Source: an uncultured bacterium
GTDB taxonomy: Bacteria > Verrucomicrobiota > Verrucomicrobiia > Limisphaerales > UBA8199
Assembly: GCA_963749495.1 (NCBI GenBank)
Contig: CAVVMW010000019.1
Coordinates: forward strand, 32,001 to 96,000
Length of the DNA: 64,000 bases
Direction of reading: 5' to 3'
Part shown: positions 31,352 through 43,100 of the stretch, piece after piece
Numbering within the stretch: position 1 is the first letter of the stretch
Layout: the number at the start of each line of letters is the position of its first letter
Program-made: the position numbers and the translations under genes
Notes under the pieces: model-generated
What the model saw: only the letters and a program-made list of their open reading frames with translations
The model's database searches: none
Told to the model about the DNA's origin: nothing

Positions 31352-34300
31352 GCGAGACGACGGTAGTGTCCGGCCCGTGGCAGGCCGGCGTCTGCATCGC
31401 GGACCATGACTTGGTCCGCCACGTCGGCGGCGGGGCCTTCGGGGAGGTCTGGCTCGCCCGCTCTCTTGCCACCGGCCGCTTCCGGGCGGTCAAAATCGTC
31501 GAGCGAGCCAGGTTTGCCGAGGACCACCCCTACGAGCTTGAGTTCGCCGGGGTCAAACAATTCGAGGGAGTCTCGCGCGAGGACGCGGGGTTTGTGGATA
31601 TTCTTCATGTCTGCCGGGACGATGCGGCCCGGTATTTTGCTTATATCATGGAGCTGGCGGACCCGCTGGACCCGGGGCCGCAGTTCATTCCGCTGACCTA
31701 CTGCCCGCGCACCCTGGCGGCGGTGATCGAGCGCCAGGGCAAACTCTCCCCGCCCGAGTGCGTGCGCATCGGCATGGCCTTGACCTCGGCCCTGGCGGCG
31801 CTCCATGGCCGGCGGCTTGTCCACCGCGATTTGAAACCCTCCAACATCGTGTTCATCCGGGGCGCCCCGAAACTGGCTGACGTGGGGCTGGTCACTGAAT
31901 TGAAGGACTTGCCGCCCCACACACTGGCCGGTTCGCCCGACTACATGGACGCCGCGGTGCACGGCTCGGCGTTCGGGGATCTGTATGGCCTGGGAAAACT
32001 CCTTTACGTCATGGCCACCGGGTGCAGCCCGCGCCAATGGCCTGCCTGGCCGGACACTGCGCCGGACGCGCCGGAGGCCGAGGTTTTCAGGGAATTGGCG
32101 TCGATCTGCCAGCGGGCCTGCCACCCGGATCGCGGGCGCCGCTACGGCAGCGCCCAGGAGATCCACGCCGACTTGCTCGTGCTCCAATCCGGGCGCTCGT
32201 TCACACGATTGAAACGGCTCGAGCGGCTCCTGCGCCTGGCGCGGCGCTGGGGCGCGATAGTGGGCATCACCGGGCTGCTGGCCGGCTTGACGTATCTTCA
32301 GTGGTACCAGGAACGGGTACACCGGGCCAAGCTCAACGAGCGCACGGTGGGTTCCTACACCGCCTACGGGTCCCGCGCGCTGGAGCAAAACAATTTGCTC
32401 GGGTCGCTGCCCTGGTTCGCCGAGGCCCTGCGCCTGGACGCGGATAACCCGCGCAACGCCCAGACGCACCGCCTGCGCCTGGCGGCGGTCCTGAACCAGG
32501 CCCCGGCCTTAGTTCAGATGCTCTTCACCACGCAGGAGGTCAGCTTCGCCTGCTTTGCCGGCCAGGAAGACCAACTGCTCGCCCGGGCCCCGGACGGCCG
32601 CTGGGGGGTGATGGCGCTCAGCAGTGGCCGGGCACTGTCTCGTCTGTTCGGAACCGGCAAAGGCTCCGAAGACGTTTCCATCTGTTCCGCCAAGGACCTG
32701 GCCATGACAGCCGATGACGGTCCGATCGCCGGATTGTGGGACGTTCGCAACGGCCAGTTGCGGGCGTCGCTCACCAATGGCGCTGGACTCTCCCACCCCA
32801 GGCTCAGCCGGGACGGACAGTGGGCTGCCGCCGTAAGCGGCCAACACGACGCTGTGATCTGGAACACGCGCTCGAACACGCCTTGCCACGTCTTGCACGG
32901 CCCGGGTTTTGCACTCCTGCACCTGGCCTTCAGCCCGGACGCCAGCCAGATCTTCACGAGCGGAGAGACCAACGAGACCCTGCTCTGGGATGTGGCGGCT
33001 GAGAAAGTGATTCGGCGCCTGACCAACCACACGGGAGAGATTTTCTGCGCCGCCTTCAGCCCGGATGGCCGCCTGGCAGCGACCACCAGCCTGGATCGCA
33101 CAGTCCGCATCTGGGACACCGCCACATGGCTGGAACTGCCCCCGCGCCTCAAACACGAGGACGGGGTATTCAGTGTGGAATTCAGCGCCGACGGGCGGCG
33201 CCTGGTCACCGCGGGGCTTGATTTCACCGCGCGGGTCTGGGACCTGGACACGCGGGAGCAACTGTGGCTGCTCCCCCACAACTCGAAAGTGGTCTGCGCC
33301 GGCTTCAGCCCGCAGGGGCGCTGCGTCGTCACGGCCACCGTTGATGGGACAGTCCGGGTCTGGGACCTCAAGCCCGCCGCAAAGGCGGACCTGCAGCCCT
33401 TGGCCGGTCTTTCCGGCGATGGCCGGCGCATCGCGCTGAAGGAGCCCGAAGGGCTAAGCGTGCGCGATACTCACGAAGATCGGTCCGTGGCCAGGATCAC
33501 GCTCGCCGGGGCCCTGACCAACAAACCGCTGCTCAGCCTGGACGGCACCAAGGTGGTTACCGTGCAGCGCCAGCCCTCGCCGGCGGGCCCCCAGGCTTGT
33601 GGCGCGGCGCTGGGACTGCGCCACCGCGCCCGTGCAGGAGGCCGGCTCGGCCACCCTTGGAGCCGAGATGACCGGCTGGGAGTTGAGCCCTGCCGGGGCG
33701 CGCCTCTTCGCCTATGGAAGGGCCGGCGCGGGCGTCTGGGACCTTGAAACAGGGCGGCAGATTCTCAGGCTCGATTTCCCGGTCCTCCTGGGAGCTTTTG
33801 ATCCCGCGGGAGAGCGGATCGCAGTCGCTTCCGCGAACCAGGTCCAGGTCTGGAGCCTTCGCACGAAGCGCCCGCTGCTCCCTTCGCCCTGGCGCCATGA
33901 CGCGGACGTCAATTCAGTCCAATGGAGCCCCAACGGCCGATATGTCGCAACGGCGTGCCGAGATGACAGTTTTGAACCGCGATGGGCGCGGGTCTGGGAG
34001 GCGGACACGGGGCGTCCGATTGGACCGCCACTGCAGCACCGCGACGGCGTTCGTTTTGCCGCGTTTAACCACCAGGGCAGCCAGGTCCTCACCTGCAGCG
34101 AGGACTTTACGGCCATACTGTGGGACCCCGCCACCGGCAGACAACTGGCGCCGCCGCTGCGCCACCAGGACCAGGTCCTGCACGGGGCCTTCAGTGAAAA
34201 CGACCGCTGGATTGCGACGGTCTCCGACGACAACACGATCCGGCTTTGGGACGCCGCCAACGGCGAACCACTGGCGCCGCCACTGCGCCACTCGACCAAA

Positions 34301-34549
34301 CTGACTCGCGTGCAATGGCTCGACCAGGACCGGCGCCTGGCCGCCTGGACCGAAAGCGGGGCCGCCTGGCTCTGGGACCTGCCGCAGGACACGCGTCCAG
34401 TGGCCGACCTGGTGCTGACCGCCCAACTCCTGTCCGCCGAACAGATTCACCGCAGCGAGGCCGTCATGCCGCAGACCAAGGAGGCCCTGCGCGGGATCTG
34501 GCAGCCGCTGCGCACCCGCTATCCCGAGGAATTCTCGCTGCGGCCTTGA
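31348..34549 (+). CDS. Hanks-type Ser/Thr kinase with a transmembrane segment and WD40 propellers (frameshift near 33595)
   Basis: GGGAFGEVW, AVK, HRDLKPSNI, LADVGL; repeated AFSPDG..T.S.D.T.RIWD; ATGA overlap with the GT gene. Confidence 0.88.
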
Positions 34550-34611
34550 GCCGGCATCCTCTGTTCTCATTGACAAGGGATTTCCACTGCGGTCTATATT
34601 CACCGTGCGGA

Positions 34612-35283
34612 ATGAACAAGAAGACCAGGCGGAGCGCCCTCGGCCGGTTGCTCGAGATCATGGCGCGGTTGCGGGGCCCGGGCGGCTGCCCCTGGGACCG
34701 GCAGCAAGACCATCGCTCGCTCCGCTGGCACGCCGTCGAGGAGGCCTATGAGTTGATCGATGCCATCGAGGCCGGCGATGACCACGAGCTGGAGGAGGAG
34801 CTGGGGGACATGCTCATGCAAGTGGTGTTCCACTGCCAACTGGCCCGGGAACGCGGCGCCTTCGATTTCGAGCGCGTCGCCCGGCACATCGCCGACAAGC
34901 TCGTTCGCCGTCACCCGCATGTCTTCGGAGAGGTCAAGGTCAAGGGCGTCAACCAGGTCTGGGCCAATTGGGAGCGGATCAAGCGGGCGGAGAAGCAAGG
35001 CACCCGCCACGCGCGGCCCTCGGCCCTGGATGGCATTCCCAAACACCTGCCGGCGCTGCTGCGCGCCGAGAAACTCCTCAAGAAGGCCCGGCGCGCAAAA
35101 CTGGCGCCCAAGCCGCCCAGGCCCCGCAAGCTGACCCGCGCGGGCCTGGGCCGCCAATTGCTCGGCCTGGCCGCCTTCGCCCAAAGCAAAGGCTGGTCCG
35201 CCGAGGACCTCCTGCGCGTGGCAATCCGCAAACAGGAACGAGCCTGGCGCAAGCTGGAGCGCTACTGCCCTGTGACGCGGTAG
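34612..35283 (+). CDS. mazG: MazG nucleoside triphosphate pyrophosphohydrolase (short form)
   Basis: RLRGPGGCPWD..EEAYE..EELGD..KLVRRHPHVF..WERIK. Confidence 0.92.
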   Translation: MNKKTRRSALGRLLEIMARLRGPGGCPWDRQQDHRSLRWHAVEEAYELIDAIEAGDDHELEEELGDMLMQVVFHCQLARERGAFDFERVARHIADKLVRRHPHVFGEVKVKGVNQVWANWERIKRAEKQGTRHARPSALDGIPKHLPALLRAEKLLKKARRAKLAPKPPRPRKLTRAGLGRQLLGLAAFAQSKGWSAEDLLRVAIRKQERAWRKLERYCPVTR

Positions 35284-37064
35284 AACCGGCGCGAGTAGTT
35301 GGTCGCCTGCAGATCCACGTAATGGATGAGCCCGCTGGCGTCGGCCACATTCGTGCTGAGCACCGTCCAGTTCTTCAGGTCAGTGGTTCCCTCAACCAGG
35401 TAGGTTCCGCCGGAGACGGCCAACGCGGCCAACTTGAAGTTCCCATCGGCTTGCCTCCCGGAGTTTGCCAGGAGGATGTTCACGGCGTTCGTCCCCCCTG
35501 CGCCGCCGGCTGGTGTAATCGTCAATGTCCCATTCGAGAAGCTGAGGGCGTAATTGGTGGCGGTCAGACCGCTGGGGATGATCGGGTATTGGCCCAGCGG
35601 GCTGTTGGTCTGGGCGGGCGTGGCAAAGGCCAGCGTTCCGCTCAAGACACCCTGGTTTTCGCCATTGACAAAGCCTGTGAGGGTGGCGGCAAAGGGGGGG
35701 TTGGTCTGGCCGTAGGGGCGGCTGGAGTTCAGGGCCTGGACCAGCAACGGCGCCGGCGTGACGCTGAGGGTTCCATCCAGGTATCGAATGGTGTAATTGG
35801 CCGCGCTCTGGCCTGAAACATGGATCGGGTAGAGGCCGACCGGGCTGTTGGTCTGGGCGGGAGAACTGCCGAACAGCGTGCCGGTGAGCATACTCTCCGT
35901 GTCCCCGTTGACAAAGCCCCCGTAAATCACGGTGAAGGGCGGGTTGGTCTGCCCATAGGCCCGGCTCTGATCCATGGCCAGACCCCACAAGGTCGCCGGC
36001 CCGATGCTCAAGGTGCCGTTGTTGGTGCTCACGCTGTAGTTGGCCAGCCTCTGGTTCGGGTCCGAGAGAGTCACCGTGATGGGGTAGCTGCCCACCGGGC
36101 TGGCGGCAGTCGCTGCGGTGCTGTAGCTGGCGGTGATGTTGTCGCCGCTCTGCACTCCGGCGAGCCTGCCGGTCAAGACGGGGTTGGCGGCTCCGTAAAT
36201 GCGGCTTTGGTTGTCGGCACTGGCCACCAGGGCACAGGCGCTAACGGTGAGTGTGCCGTTGGAGAAGCTCAGGCTGTAATTGGTGGCGGTCAGACCGGTG
36301 GGGATGATCGGGTATTGGCCCAGCGGGCTGTTGGTCTGGGCGGGCGTGGCAAAGGCCAGCGTTCCGCTCAAGACACCCTGGTTTTCGCCATTGACAAAGC
36401 CGGTGAGGGTGGCGGCAAAGGGGGGGTTGGTCTGGCCGTAGGCGCGGCTGGAGTTCAGGGCCTGGACCAGCAACGGCGCCGACGTGACGCTGAGGGTTCC
36501 ATCCAGGTATTGAATGGTGTAATTGGCCGCGCTCTGGCCTGAAACATGGATCGGGTAGAGGCCGACGGGGCTGTTGGTCTGGGCCGCAGATGTGCCCAGC
36601 AAGGTTCCGGTGAGAACGCTGACCGTCTCTCCGTTGACAAAGCCGCTGTAGGTCGCGGTAAAGGGCGGGTTGGTCTGGCCATAGGGCCTGCTGGCGCTGT
36701 CCGCAGTCACCGTCAGCACGGGCCTGACGTAGTAAAGGACTTCATTAGAGAAGCCGCTTTCCGGTCCCGCGCTTTCGGATGCCGTGGCAGCGAAAAAATA
36801 AGTGACCCCGGGGACCAGGCCGGTAATGGTCACATTGGTCACGGCGGCGAGAGGGACGTTGTTGGTATAGGTCTGGCTGGCGGCCCCATAATAGACGTTA
36901 TAGGCTACGACATGAGGATCGGTACTCGGGTCCCATGCGAGCGTGACGCTGGCAGTTGATCCGTCGGCAGCGGCGGCCCAACCAAGCCCCGCAGCGGCGA
37001 TGGAGGCGAAAATCAGCTCCCGAGCCATTTCCCCCAACACCTTCAATAGGCGTGCGTTTTCCAC
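35262..37064 (-). CDS. Secreted FN3 + MBG-repeat protein with C-terminal RFYR module
   Basis: Signal peptide; VTLAWDPS..YNVYYG..YFFAATA; five YG..NP..GFVNG-type units; ends RRFYRVTGQ. Confidence 0.88.
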   Translation of the reverse strand: MENARLLKVLGEMARELIFASIAAAGLGWAAAADGSTASVTLAWDPSTDPHVVAYNVYYGAASQTYTNNVPLAAVTNVTITGLVPGVTYFFAATASESAGPESGFSNEVLYYVRPVLTVTADSASRPYGQTNPPFTATYSGFVNGETVSVLTGTLLGTSAAQTNSPVGLYPIHVSGQSAANYTIQYLDGTLSVTSAPLLVQALNSSRAYGQTNPPFAATLTGFVNGENQGVLSGTLAFATPAQTNSPLGQYPIIPTGLTATNYSLSFSNGTLTVSACALVASADNQSRIYGAANPVLTGRLAGVQSGDNITASYSTAATAASPVGSYPITVTLSDPNQRLANYSVSTNNGTLSIGPATLWGLAMDQSRAYGQTNPPFTVIYGGFVNGDTESMLTGTLFGSSPAQTNSPVGLYPIHVSGQSAANYTIRYLDGTLSVTPAPLLVQALNSSRPYGQTNPPFAATLTGFVNGENQGVLSGTLAFATPAQTNSPLGQYPIIPSGLTATNYALSFSNGTLTITPAGGAGGTNAVNILLANSGRQADGNFKLAALAVSGGTYLVEGTTDLKNWTVLSTNVADASGLIHYVDLQATNYSRRFYRVTGQ

Positions 37065-37116
37065 AGCGGCGTCCGAGACGCACGAACTCGAAGCTTGCCA
37101 GCTTCATGGACGACAG

Positions 37117-40100
37117 TCAAGGATATACCGACCGATAATAGCGGAAGGAAGTCCCGGTCCCGGGGGTATCGATGAACTGGAACGAGCCGAACGAATCGGC
37201 GGTTGCGCTGCCCACGGTCTGCCAGTTGCTGTGCTGGAGGTTGCCGGAGAACTGGATGTGGTAGGTGCGGTAGGGGATGCCGTTGCCATTGATGGCGAAA
37301 GAGCCGTTGCCCAGGCTGACGATAGTCAAATTCACTGATAGGCTGGTATTGGCGTTAACGTTCACGTTCACCGTGCCGGTCACCGTCGCGTAGCCGTCGC
37401 TAATCGTATAGGTAAACGAGTCTGCATTGGTGGACCCAGGTGCCGGGGTGTAAATAATCCAGTTGCTGTCGACCGAGAGGGTGCCGCCGTTGGCGCTGGT
37501 GGCGCTGGCGCTGAGGAAGGTGATGGGGTCGCCGTCGGCATCGGTGGCAATGCCCAGCAACGACGCGATGGGGATTTTCGCGCCTTCGGTTGGGGGTCGC
37601 AGGATGGTTTCCGCGCCCGCAACCGGCGGCGTGTTGATCACCTGGCTCGACGACAATTGGTTGGTGGCCCCGAGGAAGTTGCCGTCTCCGGCATACTCCG
37701 CCACGACAGTGTGGGTGCCGTGCGCCAGTGTGCTGTTTGTGTACGTCGCGACAGCGCCGGACAAGGTGCTGGAACCGGCGATGCTGCCATCGATGCGGAA
37801 GTTCACCGTGCCGGTCGGCGTGCCCCCGCCGGGAGCCACCACGCCCAGACTGTTGGTGAAGATAACCGGCGTGCCAGGCAGGGCCGGGTTGGAGGATGAA
37901 TTGAGCGCCGCAACCGTCGTGGCCTTCGCCAGAGTGAGTTGACCATTAGCGAAGCTGAAACTGTAATTGGCTGCGGCCAGTGTGCCTGCCGCAGCCGTGA
38001 TCGGATAGGGGCCGGGAACAGGGCTGGCAGCCGTCGCCGTGGTCGTCAAACTCGGACTGCCCGTCACCCCGCTGGTGGGCAGCGTTTCGCCGTTCTGGAA
38101 CCCGGAATAACTCGCGGTGAACGCCGGGTTTGCCTGGCCATAAACGCGGGTCGCATTGCTCGCGGTCACGGTCAGCACAGCCTTGTTCACAGTCAGCGTG
38201 CCGTTGACAAAGCTGAAGGTGTAGTTGGCAGCGCTCAAACTGCCCGCTGCCGCAGTGATGGCATAAGTGCCCACCCCGCTAGCGGTCGTGGCCGTGGTGG
38301 TCAGGCTTGGGCTGCCGCTCAGCACGCTGCTGGTGTCCCCGTTGACAAAACCGCTGGGCGTGTAACTGAAACTCGGGTTGGCCGCCCCGTAGGTCTTGCC
38401 GGCGGCGTTGGCCGTGATCGTCAGCGTCGCCGCGTTGACCGTCAGCGTGCCAGGGACAAAGCTGAAGGTGTAGTTGGCGGCGGTCAAACTGCCCGCTGCC
38501 GCAGTGATGGCATAAGTGCCCACCCCGCTGGAGGTCGTGGCCGTGGTGGTCAGGCTTGGGCTGCCGCTCAGCACGCTGCTGGTGTCCCCGTTGACAAACC
38601 CGCTGGGCGTGTAACTGAAAGTCGGGTTGGCCGCCCCGTAGGTCTTGCTGGCGGCGTTGGCCGTGATCGTCAGTGTCGCCGCGTTGACCGTCAGCGTGCC
38701 GTTGACAAAACTGAAGGTGTAGTTGGCGGCGGTCAAACTGCCCGCTGCCGCAGTGATGGCATAAGTGCCCACCCCGCTGGCAGTCGTGGCCGTGGTGGTC
38801 AGGCTTGGGCTGCCGCTGAGCACGCTGCTGGTGTCCCCGTTGACAAAGCCGCTGGGCGTGTAACTGAAGCTCGGGTTGGCCGCCCCGTAGGTCTTGCTGG
38901 CGGCGTTGGCCGTGATGGTCAGCGTCGCTTTGTTCACAGTGAGCGTGCCGTTGACAAAACTGAAGGTGTAGTTGGCGGCGCTCAAACTGCCCGCTGCCGC
39001 AGTGATGGCATAAGTGCCCACCCCGCTAGCGGTCGTGGCCGTGGTGGTCAGGCTTGGGCTGCCGCTCAGCACGCTGCTGGTGTCCCCGTTGACAAAACCG
39101 CTGGGCGTGTAACTGAAACTCGGGTTGGCCGCCCCGTAGGTCTTGCCGGCGGCGTTGGCCGTGATCGTCAGTGTCGCCGCGTTGACCGTCAGCGTGCCGT
39201 TGACAAAACTGAAGGTGTAGTTGGCGGCGGTCAAACTGCCCGCTGCCGCAGTGATGGCATAAGTGCCCACCCCGCTGGCAGTCGTGGCCGTGGTGGTCAG
39301 GCTTGGGCTGCCGCTGAGCACGCTGCTGGTGTCCCCGTTGACAAAACCGCTGGGCGTGTAACTGAAAGTCGGGTTGGCCGCCCCGTAGGTCTTGCTGGCG
39401 GCGTTGGCCGTGATCGTCAGTGTCGCCGCGTTGACCGTCAGCGTGCCGTTGACAAAACTGAAGGTGTAGTTGGCGGCGGTCAAACTGCCCGCTGCCGCAG
39501 TGATGGCATAAGTGCCCACCCCGCTGGCGGTCGTGGCCGTGGTGGTCAGGCTTGGGCTGCCGCTCAGCACGCTGCTGGTGTCCCCGTTGACAAACCCGCT
39601 GGGCGTGTAACCGAAAGTCGGGTTGGCCGCCCCGTAGGTCTTGCTGGCGGCGTTGGCCGTGATCGTCAGCGTCGCTTTGTTCACAGTGAGCGTGCCGTTG
39701 ACAAAGCTGAAGGTGTAGTTGGCGGCGGTCAAGCTCCCCAGGGCCGCAGTGATGGCATAAGTGCCCACCCCGCTGGCAGTCGTGGCCGTGGTCGTCAGGC
39801 TCGGGCTGCCGCTCAGCACGCTGCTGGTGTCCCCGTTGACAAACCCGCTGGGCGTGTAACTGAAAGTCGGGTTGGCCGCCCCGTAGGTCTTGCTGGCGGC
39901 GTTGGCCGTGATCGTCAGCGTCGCCGCGTTGACCGTCAGCGTGCCAGGGACAAAGCTGAAGGTGTAGTTGGCGGCGGTCAAGCTCCCCAGGGCCGCAGTG
40001 ATGGCATAAGTGCCCACACCGCTGGCAGTCGTGGCCGTGGTCGTCAGGCTCGGGCTGCCGCTCAGCACGCTGCTGGTGTCCCCGTTGACAAACCCGCTGG

Positions 40101-43100
40101 GCGTGTAACTGAAAGTCGGGTTGGCCGCCCCGTAGGTCTTGCTGGCGGCGTTGGCCGTGATGGTCAGCGTCGCTTTGTTCACAGTGAGCGTGCCGTTGAC
40201 AAAGCTGAAAGTGTAGTTGGCGGCGGTCAAGCTCCCCAGGGCCGCAGTGATGGCATAAGTGCCCACACCGCTGGCAGTCGTGGCCGTGGTCGTCAGGCTC
40301 GGGCTGCCGGTCAGCACGCTGCTGGTGTCCCCGTTGACAAAGCCGCTGGGTGTGTAACTAAAGCTCGGGTTGGCCGCCCCGTAGGTCTTGCTGGCGGCGT
40401 TGGCCGTGATGGTCAGCGTCGCTTTGTTCACAGTGAGCGTGCCGTTGACAAAGCTGAAAGTGTAGTTGGCGGCGCCCAAACTGCCCGTTGCCGCAGTGAT
40501 GGCATAAGTGCCCACCCCGCTGGCAGTCGTGGCCGTGGTGGTCAGGCTTGGGCTGCCGGTCAGCACGCTGCTGGTGTCCCCGTTGACAAAGCCGCTGGGC
40601 GTGTAACCGAAGCTCGGGTTGGCCGCCCCGTAGGTCTTGCTGGCGGCGTTGGCCGTAATCGTCAGCGTCGCCGCGTTGACCGTCAGCGTGCCAGGGACAA
40701 AACTGAAGGTGTAGTTGGCGGCGCTCAAACTGCCCGCTGCCGCAGTGATGGCATAAGTGCCCACACCACTGGAGGTCGTGGCCGTGGTGGTCAGGCTTGG
40801 GCTGCCGGTCAGCACGCTGCTGGTGTCCCCGTTGACAAACCCGCTGGGCGTGTAACCGAAGCTCGGGTTGGCCGCCCCGTAGGTCTTGCTGGCGGCGTTG
40901 GCCGTGATGGTCAGCGTCGCCGCGTTGACCGTCAGCGTGCCAGGGACAAAACTGAAGGTGTAGTTGGCGGCGCTCAAAGTGCCCGCTGCCGCAGTGATGG
41001 CATAAGTGCCCACACCACTGGCGGTCGTGGCCGTGGTGGTCAGGCTCGGGCTGCCGCTGAGCACGCTGCTGGTGTCCCCGTTGACAAACCCGCTGGGCGT
41101 GTAACCGAAGCTCGGGTTGGCCGCCCCGTAGGTCTTGCTGGCGGCGTTGGCCGTGATGGTCAGCGTCGCTTTGTTCACAGTGAGCGTGCCGTTGACAAAG
41201 CTGAAAGTGTAGTTGGCGGCGCTCAAACTGCCCGTTGCCGCAGTGATGGCATAAGTGCCCACACCACTGGAGGTCGTGGCCGTGGTCGTCAGGCTCGGGC
41301 TGCCGCTCAGCACGCTGCTGGTGTCCCCGTTGACAAACCCGCTGGGCGTGTAACCGAAGCTCGGGTTGGCCGTCCCGTAGCTCTTGCTGGCGGCGTTGGC
41401 CGTGATCGTCAGCGTCGCCGCGTTGACCGTCAGCGTGCCAGGGATAAAGCTGAAGGTGTAGTTGGCGGCGCTCAAAGTGCCCGCTGCCGCAGTGATGGCA
41501 TAAGTGCCCACACCACTGGAGGTCGTGGCCGTGGTGGTCAGGCTTGGGCTGCCGGTCAGCACGCTGCTGGTGTCCCCGTTGACAAACCCGCTGGGCGTGT
41601 AACCGAAGCTCGGGTTGGCCGCCCCGTAGGTCTTGCTGGCGGCGTTGGCCGTGATCGTCAGCGTCGCCGCGTTGACCGTCAGCGTGCCAGGGATAAAGCT
41701 GAAGGTGTAGTTGGCGGCGCTCAAAGTGCCCGCTGCCGCAGTGATGGCATAAGTGCCCACACCACTGGCGGTCGTGGCCGTGGTCGTCAGGCTCGGGCTG
41801 CCGGTCAGCACGCTGCTGGTGTCCCCGTTGACAAAACCGCTGGGCGTGTAACTGAAACTCGGGTTGGCCGCCCCGTAGGTCTTGCTGGCGGCGTTGGCCG
41901 TGATCGTCAGCGTCGCTTTGTTCACAGTGAGCGTGCCGTTGACAAAACTGAAGGTGTAGTTGGCGGCGCTCAAACTGCCCGCTGCCGCAGTGATGGCATA
42001 AGTGCCCACCCCGCTGGCAGTCGTGGCCGTGGTGGTCAGGCTTGGGCTGCCGCTGAGCACGCTGCTGGTGTCCCCGTTGAAAAACCCGCTGGGCGTGTAA
42101 CCGAAGCTCGGGTTGGCCGCCCCGTAGGTCTTGCCGGCGGCGTTGGCCGTGATCGTCAGCGTCGCCGCGTTGACCGTCAGCGTGCCAGGGACAAAGCTGA
42201 AGGTGTAGTTGGCGGCGCTCAAACTGCCCGCTGCCGCAGTGATGGCATAAGTGCCCACCCCGCTGGCGGTCGTGGCCGTGGTGGTCAGGCTTGGGCTGCC
42301 GCTCAGCACGCTGCTGGTGTCCCCGTTGACAAAACCGCTGGGCGTGTAACTGAAACTCGGGTTGGCCGCCCCGTAGGTCTTGCTGGCGGCGTTGGCCGTG
42401 ATCGTCAGCGTCGCCGCGTTGACCGTCAGCGTGCCAGGGACAAAACTGAAGGTGTAGTTGGCGGCGCTCAAAGTGCCCGCTGCCGCAGTGATGGCATAAG
42501 TGCCCACCCCGCTGGCAGTCGTGGCCGTGGTGGTCAGGCTCGGGTTGCCGGTCAGCACGCTGCTGGTGTCCCCGTTGACAAAACCGCTGGGTGTATAACT
42601 GAAAGTCGGGTTGGCCACCCCGTAGGTCTTGCTGGCGGCGTTGGCCGTAATCGTCACCGTCGCCGCGTTGACCGTCAGCGTGCCAGGGACAAAGCTGAAG
42701 GTGTAGTTGGCGGCGCTCAAAGTGCCCGCTGCCGCAGTGATGGCATAAGTGCCCACCCCGCTGGCGGTCGTGGCCGTGGTCGTCAGGCTCGGGCTGCCGC
42801 TCAGCACGCTGCTGGTGTCGCCGTTGACAAACCCGCTGGGCGTGTAACTGAAGCTCGGGTTGGCCGCCCCGTAGGTCTTGCTCCCGGAATTGGCTGTGAT
42901 GGTCAACAGCGCCGGGTTCACGTTGATACTCACACTTGTGGCGGCAGGCAGGAACGAGGTCGTGTCCACCGGGGTGAAGGTGACAGACAGGGTCTGGGCG
43001 GCGCCCGCGCTCAGAACAGTGCCGAGAGGCGGCGTGTAGGTGAACGTGCCGCTGACGTTTGTAGAGTTGAAAGTCGCCGTTGCACTCAATTGGGAACTGC

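Noticed and set aside
38180..42910. CRISPR-like periodicity
   Set aside because: Units are contiguous, protein-coding and lack unique spacers; no cas genes
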